64,000 nucleotides of DNA, taken from the NCBI GenBank assembly GCA_002269645.1, contig NIVC01000319.1, positions 186,001 through 250,000 on the forward strand, read 5' to 3'. The notes beneath the pieces were generated by a model. It saw only the letters and a list, made by a program, of their open reading frames with translations, had not been told where the DNA came from and searched no databases. This DNA is from Macrostomum lignano. Taxonomy: Eukaryota. The first letter of the stretch is position 1; the number at the start of each line of letters is the position of its first letter. This document shows positions 43,743 to 61,268 of the stretch, piece after piece. Made by a program: the position numbers and the translations under genes.

Positions 43743-46700
43743 ATGACAACGGAAGACAACAGCTGCAGCAGCGGCAGCAACCCGAGCTGCCCAGCATCTC
43801 CTGAGTCCGCTGAGTCCGCCTCTCCAACTCCGCCACAGCGGGCGCCGGCCCAGCAGCAGCTGTCGGCTCGGGCCTCAGCCTTCTCCATCGACTCGCTGAT
43901 GACGAAAGCGAAGACTTCGTTCCAGCAGCACCGGCCGCAGTTCCCAGTCCCGCTGATGAATCTGTTTCCCCTGCAGCGGCCCTGAAGCCGCCGCCGCCGC
44001 CGCCGCAACTGCAGCAGACTCTTCAGCGCCGGAAGGCGTCCCAGCCGAAGCGGAAGCGCCGCTGCTCGCCGCCGACGTCGATGACGGTGAAGACAGCGAC
44101 GCTACTGACGAGCACCGTGGCGCCGAACTCGCCGTCTCCGCTGACGAAGACGTTGATGTCGAATTCGGCGATGACGACGAGACGGCGATGGCGGCGACGG
44201 CGGCGGCGGAGGCCGAGTCGGATGATGCGGGGCGCGAGGACGGCGAAAGCGAGGATTTCGGTGAGTTGGTTGCCATGACTCACCTACTGTCAGAGGTGGT
44301 CATGGGGGTCAGAGGTGGTCATGGGGGTCAGAGGGGTCATGGGAGGTCACAGGGGTCATGGGAGTCAGAGGGGTCATGGGAGTCAGAGGGGTCATGGGAG
44401 TCACAGGGGTCATGGGAGTCAGAGGGGTCATGGGAGTCAGAGGGGTCATGGGAGTCAGAGGGGTCATGGGAGGTCACAGGATCATGGGAGTCAGAGGGGT
44501 CATAGGAGTCAGAGGGGTCATGGGAGTCACAGGGGTCATGGGAGTCAGAGGGATCATGGGAGGTTACAGGATCATGGGAGTCAGAGGGGTCATAGGAGTC
44601 AGAGGGGTCATGGGAGTCACAGGGGTCATGGGAGTCAGAGGGGTCATGGGAGGTCACAGGGTCATGGGAGTCAGAGGGGTCATGGGAGTCAGAGGGGTCA
44701 TGGGAGTCACAGGGGTCATGGGAGTCAGAGGGGTCATGGGAGTCAGAGGGGTCATGGGAGTCAGAGGGGTCATGGGAGGTCACAGGGGTCATGGTTGTTG
44801 CACTCGGTCTCACTTTGTCCAGCCTGTTTTATTTCCTAGAAACTGCAGCCGTGCCGAAAGCGCAGCCGATCAAGCCGCTTCCGGGTGCAGCGGCCGCGAA
44901 GCGACAGCGGATTAGTGGGGACTCGCAGAGGCGGCAGCAGCGCCATCAGCACCAGCTGCATCAGCAGCCGCAGCAGCAGCTTCCGGGAGACAGCGAGCGG
45001 CTCGCCGGGGTCCAATGCCGTCTGGACAACAAAGACCTGTGGGACCAGTTCAATGACCTGGGCACTGAGATGATTATCACTAAGTCGGGCAGGTGAGGCG
45101 GGCGTTTTTCGTTTATTTGATAATGGTGTTCTAATGTGTTCATGGTGTTCTAATGTGTCCCATAGTGTTCTAATATGTTCTATATGGTGTTCTAATGTGT
45201 TCATGGTGTTCTAATGTGTCCCATAGTGTTCTAATATGTTCTATATGGTGTTCTAATGTGTTCATGGTGTTCTAATGTGTTCATGGTGTTCTAATGTGTT
45301 CATGGTGTTCTAATGTGTTCATGGTGTTCTAATGTGTTCATGGTGTTCTAATGTGTTCATGGTGTTCTAATGTGTTCATGGTGTTCTAATGTGTTCATGG
45401 TGTTCTAATGTGTTCATGGTGTTCTAATGTGTTCATGGTGTTCTAATGTGTTCATGGTGTTCTAATGTGTTCATGGTGTTCTAATGTGTTCATGGTGTTC
45501 TAATGTGTTCATGGTGTTCTAATGTGTTCATGGTGTTCTAATGTGTTCATGGTGTTCTAATGTGTTCATGGTGTTCTAATGTGTCCCATAGTGTTCTAAT
45601 GTGTCCCATAGTGTTCTAATGTGTTCATGGTGTTCTAATGTGTCCCATAGTGTTCTAATATGTTCTATATGGTGTTCTAATGTGCTATATGGCTGTCTGT
45701 TGTTTTCAAAGCTCTTTGCATCTGCCGTTGCACACAAATCCATAATTACTGGACACACAATTGCGAAATTCAATTTTCCCAAATCTTGAATTTATGGCCT
45801 CAGAATGCAGCATTTAAGTTAATTGAATTGCTAAGCATTGGCCCTTGCGGAGTCTCTGCAATGCAAAGTGGCCATTGAAGGCCAATCAGTGCCGACTGTA
45901 ATTTTCCCCAGTAGTATCGAATATCCCGCCTGCATGGCAACTGGCGGGAGCAGGTTGGAGGCGGTCTTTTTTCTTTCTAATAGCGCGCACAAGTCGCAAG
46001 CAGATTTTTGTATTTCATCTTGAAATTTTCGCTACAAGCGGATTTTCGGATTTTCCTTCGGTCGGCGCGACCGGCAGCGACAGCTCCGAAAACTGTCCGG
46101 GGGGGGGGCAAGGGGGAAAAAGCAGATTTGAAGAGATGGCGCGCTTGATGGATCGCGGCTCTGGGCCAGCTGGGGCCGCCACGTGGCGCCTGCGCAGTTT
46201 ATTGAGCCCCGCAGCTCTGCTGCCGTGATAAATTGGGATTTGGGATTCGTGTTGTTGTCTGCGGCGGCGACAGCCATGGGGAGGAAAGGACACGCAGCGG
46301 CATCTGCGGCGACTCCCCTGCGGCCCTACGTCACCGCCCCCCTCCTCCCCACTTCCACGCGCTGTTGCTAGGGGGGGGGGGGAATCTCTAAAGCGAGTCG
46401 TTTCATTTAGTAAAGCAAAAAGATCGCAACTTTGTTTTTGCGCTTCATTTGTTGGAAAGTGATTTTTAAAACAAAATGCTTGGTAAGGGGATGCAGGTTT
46501 TGGGATGCTGTTGCGGCCAAAACTGGATTGATAATCGTATAGTTTATAGTTCTAGGGAAGTTTAGATTGAATAGAATAGTTTAGAAAGCAAAATTACATT
46601 TTATTTTATTTATTTTTATGTCATATACGTTTGGGAATGTATTACGAGTATAAAGCCTGCAGGGAAATGTGCAGTTTTTAGTTTGGGAATGTATTATCAA

Positions 46701-49700
46701 GCCTGGGAATGTGCAGTTTTTAGTTTGGGAATGTATTATCAAGCCTGGGAATGTGCAGTTTTTAGTTTGGGAATGTATTATCAAGCCTGGGAATGTGCAG
46801 TTTTTAGTTTGGGAATGTATTATCAAGCCTGGAGAATGTGCATGTGAAGAGCTTCCGCAACCCGCAGGCGGATGTTCCCAGTGGTTCGAGTGTCCTTCAG
46901 CGGCCTGGACCCGGAGGAGCGCTACCACGTGGTCATGGACATTGTGTCGGTGGACAAGAACCGCTACCGCTACGCCTACCACCGCAGCGCCTGGATGGTG
47001 GCCGGCAAGGGCGACCCCGAGCTGCCGCAGCGGCTGTACATCCACCCGGACAGTCCGTTCACTGGAGACCAGCTCATGAAGCAGACGGTCAGCTTTGAAA
47101 AGCTGAAGCTGACCAACAATGTGCTGGACAAGCACTACGTGAGTCTGCTGCGATGGGGGCCATTGTGAGGCGTTGAGGCGCCTAATCGAAGTTGTGAGGC
47201 GCCTAATCGAGGTTGTGAGGCGCCTAATCGAGGTTGTGAGGCGCCTAATCGAGGCTGTGAGGCGTCTAATCGGGGTTTTGAGGCGCCTAATCGAGGCTGT
47301 GAGGCTAATCGAGGTTGTGAGGCGCCTGATCTAAAGCTTTTGAGGTCAAATTTGATTTCGACACCATTTGCCAGAGCCATGGCCTCAGACTCGCAGCCAA
47401 GCTCAAGGAACGAAGACTCACCGAATTGGCCCTGAACCCCTGTCCCACAGATTGTGCTCAACTCCATGCACAAGTACCAGCCTCGCGTCCACCTGCTCCG
47501 GGTCGGCCAGGCCACCGGCGCCGGCCTGAACCCGGGCTCCGGGCACGTCAGCAACTTCGCCGCGTTGCAGAGCCTGGACCAGAAGAAGTTCCAGTTCCCG
47601 AGACCGTCTTCATCGCGGTGACGGCCTACCAAAATCAGCTGGTGAGTTGCCAACTCTCGTCTCGGTTCCCCGCGTGGCCGCAGAGAAGCTGGGAAGGCCC
47701 CATCAGGATCAGCAAGCCCCACTAATTGAATATTTGATGGGGACTTTCGTCTCCCACTTTTTATCGAGTTGGAGTCTGACTGGGGGGGGGGTGGCTAATC
47801 TCCGGCAGAATCTGCCCTCGCACCCGTTCATTATCCCGCCTCGCCTATCAATCACAACTGCCTCGCTCTCTATGAAGAAGAAACGGTCCGCGCCCACGCT
47901 TTCGGAGAAGCGCGGCAACTTGTTGCAGAAACTGGAGAAAGGCTTGCGGGGCTGGGCGGGGGCAGGCAGGGCGGCCCCTAATTGGGCTAATCAAGTGAGG
48001 ATTAATTCAATTCCGAGGGCGAAAAAGGGCCGACGCCTCAGTAAATCGCCTTCCCAAGTCCTCACTTTGACGGGGGGGCTAATCTCCCCGAGCACGGGAC
48101 TGACTGAGGGATTACGGGCGGGGCCTTGGATTTCCATTCCCCCATATCAGCCGCCACCCGCTGTGCCCGACTTGCAGATCACCAAGCTCAAGATTGACAG
48201 GAATCCGTTCGCCAAGGGCTTCCGGGACTCGTCCAGGCTGACCGACTATGAAAGGTGAGAAAATTGGGGGAGCTTTGAGAGTGACTGACAGAGTGACTGA
48301 CATGGAGTGATTGACAGAGAGTGACTGACAGAGTGACTGACAGAGTGACTGACAGAATGACTGACAGAGAGTGACTGACAGAGAGTGACTGACAGAGAGT
48401 GACTGACAGAGAGTGACTGACAGAGAGTGACTGGACAGAGAGTGACTGGCAGAGTTACTGACAGAGTGACTGACAGAGAGTGACTGGCAGAGTTACTGAC
48501 AGAGTGACTAGGAGGGAGCAAGCAACGCTAACTAAAATAAAGCAGTGTTACCAGTCAAATTGGGATCAAAGCCATGCAGTCATGGAAACAGAATCCCACA
48601 ACTTGCAGGGGGGTTAGGCTTGGCCTTCAGAAACAGTGAGCCACTCAGCTTGACCGCCCCCCCGCCCGGCCATGCGGACAATTCGAATCGGGGAATCGGA
48701 AAGCCACCCATGCAGGTGGATTATTGCAGTCGGACAGGAAAACGCATCGGGCATGCAAGGGAGGGGAAGATGAGGGAGAAAAATGCGATACCGGATGAAA
48801 CGCATTGAGATTTGGGGTAAAAAAGTCGGTAACTTGTCGTGTAGGGATTACTGGGGATCTGACCGGCCCACTTACCGCCGAGTAATGTAAGCATCACATT
48901 CCCGGTGCCCGCTGCCGGCACTCGAATCCCCACAAATCCCCTTCGCGCTCTGTTTATTTACGCGAAATCCTTGAGAGCTCAAGAGGCTTAGGGGAGGGGC
49001 GGGGGCGGCGCCTGGGATCAGACTCGGAAATCCGCAGCATCGGATTCTATTATTGCTAATCGATAATAAGGCCGACATGAATTATTGTTATTATCAAAGC
49101 TTTTGTTTGGGATGAGGGGGGGGGGCGCCAGGCAGTCAAGTGGAGCCCGAAATCGCGAACCCCTCTCTGCCGTGGGCCGTGGAGACGCAAATGCCGGGAT
49201 CGCCTCTCCCTGCCTCTCACGAGCCGCCCGCAAGTGGAAATTCCTGCTGCTGGTCTGGCCGGCGCAGCATGAAGTGGCACCTTTTTCCTGCGTGTCTTCC
49301 GCGCGGCGCCCGCCCACCTGATGCCTGTAGTGATTTTTCTTGTATAAACTTTCACTGCGGCCTTCTAACCGACGAGCCACTTTCTATACATCAGCCGGGG
49401 GGGGGGGGTTGCGTTCATCGATACGCAGCTGATGGGGCCGGGCGGAGGGGGGGAAGAGGCTGAGGGCTGCAGGAGCCGCTGCACTCCCGCAGCTCCGACA
49501 CGAATAAGAAGTTTGCTTTTGCGAAAGCATTAAAAAAAACAAGAAAAGACAGGCGACGGTAAAGAAAAGGCAAATTATCGAATCTATCGCTGGATCGCTG
49601 ATAAGGGAAGGCAAGCGATGTCGAGTTTGAACATGATGAGGTTCAGATTCGATGCAGAAATAACAATGTCAGCTAGCAATAGCAGCGCCACCTCCGCCAT

Positions 49701-50293
49701 TGCGTGTACCTCGTATTTTCATAAGCACCGCCTGCACCGCCTGCAGGGAAAGCATGGAGCAGCTGCTGGCTCACTCCACAGTGAGCGCAGTGTTCCACCA
49801 GCACCAGCTGCAGCACCAGCACCAGCACCAGCTGCAGCACCAGCACCAGCACCAGCACCTGGCCTACCAACCGGCCTCTCCCAGTAGCGACGAGAAGCCG
49901 CCCGGCAAAGCTGGCGACAGGCTGCACGCACAGCCGAGGCTCTGGGCCGCCGCCGCTGCCGCAGCCGCCCCAGCCGCCGTGTCCAAGCCGCAGCAGCACC
50001 AGCCGCCGTCTCAGTCGCCGTCGCACCAGCAGCAGCAGCCGCCGCCGCCGCCTCCGCCGCTGGGTGGCCTGCCGGCTCTGCCTCCGCCCGGCGGATGGGG
50101 CAAGCTTCCGCCCCTGCTGCCGTTGTTTCTGCAGCCGCCTCGTCTGCCTCTCGCTGCCGCCGCAGCGGCCGCCTTCCTTCAGCAGCAGCAGCACGGAGCT
50201 GCCGGGCTTCACCACCACCACCAGAACCACCAGGCCGAGCAGCTGCTGCACCACATGAGCGGCGCTGCCGCCGAGCAGCGGAGCAACCTTTGA
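43743..50293 (+). CDS. Tbx20: T-box transcription factor Tbx20 (H15/midline orthologue); 6 exons, ~618 aa after correcting two 1-nt indels
   Basis: Exons: 43743-44260, 44840-45092, 46868-47138, 47451-47641, 48178-48254, 49747-50293. eh1 motif [14 protein letters not shown]; T-box [19 protein letters not shown]|RMFP...[16 protein letters not shown]...HPDSPFTG...[10 protein letters not shown]...[11 protein letters not shown]...[16 protein letters not shown]|[26 protein letters not shown]|ESME is diagnostic of Tbx20. Indels at 43968-43971 (+1) and 47597-47599 (-1). Confidence 0.93.
44290..44795. repeat. 18-bp minisatellite (GTCATGGGAGTCAGAGGG)n, Tbx20 intron 1
   Basis: Direct. Confidence 0.96.
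45122..45690. repeat. 19-bp minisatellite (ATGGTGTTCTAATGTGTTC)n, Tbx20 intron 2
   Basis: Direct. Confidence 0.97.
46630..46840. repeat. 42-bp tandem repeat (~4.5 copies) abutting the Tbx20 exon 3 acceptor
   Basis: GGGAATGTGCAGTTTTTAGTTTGGGAATGTATTATCAAGCCT units. Confidence 0.93.
47165..47330. repeat. 21-bp minisatellite (GAGGCGCCTAATCGAGGTTGT)n, Tbx20 intron 3
   Basis: Direct. Confidence 0.92.
48278..48508. repeat. 12-14-bp minisatellite (GAGTGACTGACA(GA))n, Tbx20 intron 5
   Basis: Direct. Confidence 0.92.
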
Positions 50294-50319
50294 TGTACAA
50301 ATAACTGCTGCGGCTTCTC

Positions 50320-50690
50320 GTGTGTCTGTCTGTCTGTCTGTCCTAGTGTCTGTCTGTCTGTCCTAGTGTCTGTCTGTCTGTCTGTCTTAGTGTCTGTCTG
50401 TCTGTCTGTCTGTCTGTCCTAGTGTCTGTCTGTCTGTCTGTCTGTCCTAGTGTCTGTCTGTCTGTCCTAGTGTCTGTCTGTCTGTCTTAGTGTCTGTCTG
50501 TCTGTCTGTCTAGCTGTCTGTCTGTGTCTGGTTGTCTGTCTGTCTGTCTGTCTTAGTGTCTGTGTGTCTGTCTGTCTGTCTGTCTGTCTGTATTAGTGTC
50601 TGTGTGTCTGTCTGTCTTAGTCTCAGTGTCTGTCGTCTTTTTCTTAGTGTCTGTCTGTCTGTCCGTCTGTATGTCTCTCTATCTGTCTCT
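50320..50690. repeat. (TCTG)n microsatellite with CTAG interruptions, Tbx20 3' end
   Basis: Direct. Confidence 0.93.
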
Positions 50691-51859
50691 CTCCTGCCTC
50701 TCATATCTCAATCCTTACAGCAAAGAGCAGTTACCCAACCTACATCCTATCTCGATGAAACGGAAATGACCAATCATGAGATATTTTGGTCATTAATGCC
50801 TAGCTGTTCACATGTATAAAGCACAGTCTTCGTTGTGTCACATACATGTATTTTTACTCTATGATTATTGTACATCGGATCAGTTGTGTGCATCACTTTA
50901 ACGAAATATTCGTTCACTATAAAGCACTCGTACGCTTGGGAGTTTGCCTGCGCACGTCACCTACTAACAGTAGACTTTTCGATCTGTGAAGAAATGTTTT
51001 GCAAACAGTATGCTTAATAGAAATTGCCTGCATGTTTAGTCAGTAATAAAATACTCGATTTGCTTATTAAAAATGAACTTCTGCAATTTATGGCCTCACA
51101 AATCCGTTTAGTAACATAAATTCGGTGGAGTTGGCGGCCCCCCAGGCTCGGCAAGACATGAGATGGGCAATTCCACCAAGAGGCCGAAATTACTTGGCTG
51201 GTAGCAACTCTCTCTGAGCCTGCAGTCAGCTCAATCACAATCTGATAGGGCGGCACCAGCACAGGGATGCTCGGGAGTGACTCAAGTGTGACAAATCGAC
51301 TGTCCGTGAGCCCCGGTGTCCCCGCAGTCCCGGGTTAATCCACAAGCCGCGCGGATGTGCCGAGCCGTAAAATATCTTTCCGAGCTGTCGCCCAGATAAC
51401 AATCTGGACTGGCCGGAGAGGGGCCTCATCAGCCACGGCTGACGGCTCTGCCGCAGTTCGCTGTCGAACAGGGGGAGGCAGGATGATGGCCGCGATTAAT
51501 TGCAATGTGGCTCTCTGGGCTGTGCTGTGAAAAAACACGGGGGACACCTCATACAGCGCTGCCGGCTCACTGCGACTCCCGAGGGCAGCCGCGATCTCAC
51601 CCAGCTGATTGGAGGCAGTTCCGACTCAATTATTCTTCAGTAGGGACTCAAGCGACTTTGAATTAACTTTGAGCAACTTGCGAGCTTAGACGGACAGCCT
51701 GAAATACTTGAGCACTCCATTTCCATAACTGGCGTCAGCGCACCGCTCAGAGCTCGACACACGAGAATTCGATTGACTTATAGATAGCTGAGCACTCCAT
51801 CATCCAGATGCCTAAGCGCTCCATCGAAATTTACAGTTACGAGTATATCTCCGTACTCG

Positions 51860-52170
51860 TAACTCAGATACCTGAGCACTCCACCCAGATACCTGAGCAC
51901 TCCACCCAGATACCTGAGCACTCCACCCAGATACCTGAGCACTCCACCCTGATACCTGAGCACTCCACCCAGATACCTGAGCACTCCACCCTGATACCTG
52001 AGCACTCCACCCAGATACCTGAGCACTCCACCCAGATACCTGAGCACTCCACCCAGATACCTGAGCACTCCACCCAGATACCTGAGCACCCCACCCAGAT
52101 ACTTTAGCACTCCACCCAGATACCTGAGCATCCCACCCAGATACCTGAGCACCCCATCCAGATATCTGAG
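51860..52170. repeat. 21-bp minisatellite (CAGATACCTGAGCACTCCACC)n
   Basis: Direct. Confidence 0.95.
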
Positions 52171-52679
52171 CACATTTCATGCCGCACTTAAATAAAAGAA
52201 CAGAAATCAAAAAAGGCCCTCAGGCAAGCAAAATGCCCATAAATCTCAGTTTTACAATAAATATAGAATACACGGTAACGAAAAATAGGCAATGAATTAT
52301 TTGCAAATCGGAATTGGCAGCCCATCAGTTGTTGCCAACCCCAGAGCCTGCCAACTCTGTATTACATCATATATTTTTGCATTATAGAGCCAGCTGTTTA
52401 AAAGTGCAACTGTGAGTGAAACAAAGACAAAACAAAGATATACAGGTGTAGAAATTTGAGGGCGAAGCCGCAGAGGCCGTTGCAGAAAACCGTCGGGACA
52501 CCGGAGCAGAGAATATTTGCAAACTGAAAATAGCATGAAAATAAACAAATCGATTTTGAACTGCTTTACAGTGAATAAAGACGAGGAAAAAGAAAGTGCA
52601 AAAAAATAATTGAATTGCTCAAATCATTGCGATTCTGAATGGAATTTGTCAGCGGCTCGAAAAGTGCCGAGTATGCGGT

Positions 52680-53175
52680 TGATTTGGGGCAGTTTTGAGT
52701 GCAGATTTGGGGCAGTTTTGAGTGCAGATTTGGGGCAGTTTTGAGTGCAGATTTGGGGCAGTTTTGAGTGCAGATTTGGGGCAGTTTTTTGAGTGCAGAT
52801 TTGGGGCAGTTTTGAGTGCAGATTTGGGGCAGTTTTGAGTGCAGATTTGGGGCAGTTTTGAGTGCAGATTTGGGGCAGTTTTGAGTGCAGATTTGGGGCA
52901 GTTTTGAGTGCAGATTTGGGGCAGTTCTGAGTGCAGATTTGGGGCAGTTTTGAGTGCAGATTTGGGGCAGTTTTGAGTGCAGATTTAGGGCAGTTTTGAG
53001 TGCAGATTTGGGGTAGTTTTGAGTGCAGATTTAGGGCAGTTTTGAGTGCAGATTTGGGGTAGTTTTGAGTGCAGATTTGGGGCAGTTTTGAGTGCAGATT
53101 TAGGGCAGTTTTGAGTGCAGATTTGGGGTAGTTTTGAGTGCAGATTTGGGGCAGTTTTGAGTGCAGATTTGGGGC
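52680..53175. repeat. 23-bp minisatellite (GCAGATTTGGGGCAGTTTTGAGT)n
   Basis: Direct. Confidence 0.96.
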
Positions 53176-53789
53176 CTCTACAGACTGCGGTCCCTTCGCA
53201 TTGTGGCCAAGACTAAACAAACAAAAAAGTAACTCAAATCAGATTAATACGGCACCTACACAATACTTGAAAAAGCAGAGGTAACTCCAACTTGCCGGCA
53301 AACAAGAATGACGCAACAGACATGCAACATTGAATAAATTGGGAAGAAAAGATGATGGAAAAAATTGTTTCGCAAAGCAGCCACACGAATGCAGGGTAGG
53401 CAATGGCACAGGTTTGGTACAATAAACGTCAAATAAATAAATTAAAAATAAGCAGAGCTGCTCGTATCGTTACAGAAGACTTGCACACCGTCTCAGGCTT
53501 AAGCATGAGAAGGCGTTTTAAAAACAGAAGAGCGCAGGCCGAGCACAATTCACAAAGCACAGTTCTATATTTGCAATATAAACTGTAGACCGAGTTGAAA
53601 ATACAGCGCATACGCTATTCATACTACTGGCTAAGTTGGACAGTAGTATCACAGGGAAAAAGTAGTTGCATTTTGCGAACGCATTGCGATTGTTAATGTT
53701 ATTCGTGTAAAAATATCACAGAGATTTGAAGAATTCTCACCAATCGAATTAAGAAAATATTGCGCGACTGGGGTTTCACAAAACTGCTT

Positions 53790-54365
53790 TGGTGTGGGCT
53801 GTGTGGGGTGGTTGGGGTGGGTGGAGGGTGTGGGGTGTGTGGAGGGTGTGGTGTGTGGAGGGTGTGTGGTGGGTGGAGGGTGTGTGGTGGGTGGAGGGTG
53901 TGTGGTGTGTGGAGGGTGTGTGGTGGGTGGAGGGTGTGTGGTGGATGGAGGGTGTGGGGTGTGTGGAGGGTGTGGAGGGTGTGGGTGGGTGGAGGGTGTG
54001 TGGTGGGTGGAGGGTGTGTGGTGTGTGGAGGGTGTGGGTGGGTGGAGGGTGTGTGGTGGATGGAGGGTGTGGGGTGTGTGGAGGGTGTGGGGTGGGTGGA
54101 GGGTGTGTGGTGGGTGGAGGGTGTGTGGTGGATGGAGGGTGTGGGGTGTGTGGAGGGTGTGGAGGGTGGGTGGAGGGTGTGGGGTGGGTGGAGGGTGTGG
54201 GGTGGGTGGAGGGTGTGGGTGGTGGAGGGTGTGGGGTGTGTGGAGGGTGTGGGGTGTGTGGAGGGTGTGGGGTGTGTGGAGGGTGTGGGGTGGGTGGAGG
54301 GTGTGTGGTGGGTGGAGGGTGTGTGGTGGGTGGAGGGTGTGGGGTGTGTGGAGGGTGTGTGGTGG
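53790..54365. repeat. ~18-bp G/T-rich minisatellite (GTGGAGGGTGTGTGGTGG)n
   Basis: Direct. Confidence 0.94.
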
Positions 54366-55129
54366 GTTGCAAGTTAAAGCAAGCAAGTATTCTGAAAGCC
54401 AATTTGCAGTGAAAGTAAAAACCCCCAGCTGAATGATTAGAAAAGAAGACGCAGACAAAAACACAACAAATAGCAGATGAGGAGTGAATGAGGCAGCAGT
54501 TACAGTCTGTTTTCGGTAGATTGCGTGCACAGTAAACAAATGAACCTTGAAGGAAAAGTACAGATCCGATAGATAAAAGCCAAATGTTAATAAATAACAG
54601 GCATTGCAAATTTGAATGAAAAAAAGTAGCTCCAACCGCCTACTCAAAGTAGCGGAGAGCGCAAACGGAATAAAAAGTGCCACAGAAAACGTGAAGAGAA
54701 AAAATTAAACAAAAATACTCGGAAGGAGATCTACAGGCTGGGGAAAACACTCGATTAGACAAACAGAAAGCGGGTGCGCGTACGGATTTCTGACTAAAAT
54801 GGTTGCGATAAACATGCCGCACTACTGACAGTAAATTCAGTGCAGTAGACGCGCGATTAGCAAAAATATTACTCTATAATTTACAAAATATAGATTTAAC
54901 TCTGAAAATAAATGTCAAACAGATGCGCCCGCAAGGGACCAGCTGGATGCAATGCATTGAAAAGCTGCTTATAGTAGTATACACAGAGTAGGCATTGTGT
55001 CTGAATACAGAGTTAATTATACATAAGTTCACACTTGCAAAAATAACTCTATAAAATGTTTTGCCGATATCTCAGCTGCAGCGACCTCAAGTGACTTAAA
55101 CAATTCTGAATCTGATGCTAGGGATATGA

Positions 55130-55930
55130 CAGGCGACAGCCTCAAAATCTCACCCAGTGAAGGCTGACAGCCACAAAATCTCACCCAGTGAAGGCTGACA
55201 GCCTCAAAATCTCACCCAGTGAAGGCTGACAGCCTCAAAATCTCACCTAGTGAAGGCTGACAGCCTCAAAATCTCACCCAGTGAAGGCTGAGAGCCACAA
55301 AATCTCACCCAGTGAAGGCTGACAGCCTCAAAATCTCACCTAGTGAAGGCTGACAGCCTCAAAATCTCACCCAGTGAAGGCTGACAGCCTCAAAATCTCA
55401 CCCAGTGAAGGCTGACAGCCTCAAAATCTCACCCAGTGAAGGCTGACAGCCTCAAAATCTCACCCAGTGAAGGCTGACAGCCTCAAAATCTCACCCAGTG
55501 AAGGCTGACAGCCACAAAATCTCACCCAGTGAAGGCTGACAGCCTCAAAATCTCACCCAGTGAAGGCTGACAGCCTCAAAATCTCACCTAGTGAAGGCTG
55601 ACAGCCACAAAATCTCACCCAGTGAAGGCTGACAGCCTCAAAATCTCACCCAGTGAAGGCTGACAGCCTCAAAATCTCACCCAGTGAAGGCTGACAGCCT
55701 CAAAATCTCACCCAGTGAAGGCTGACAGCCACAAAATCTCACCCAGTGAAGGCTGACAGCCTCAAAATCTCACCCAGTGAAGGCTGACAGCCTCAAAATC
55801 TCACCCAGTGAAGGCTGACAGCCTCAAAATCTCACCCAGTGAAGGCTGACAGCCTCAAAATCTCACCTAGTGAAGGCTGACAGCCTCAAAATCTCACCTA
55901 GTGAAGGCTGACAGCCTCAAAATCTCACCC
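55130..55930. repeat. 31-bp minisatellite (CTCAAAATCTCACCCAGTGAAGGCTGACAGC)n downstream of the Scm stop
   Basis: Direct. Confidence 0.97.
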
Positions 55931-55977
55931 TAGAATGCGACAGTCTCCTGAGCACCCTGCACAGACGGGGGAACCCC

Positions 55978-61268
<5,291 letters not shown>

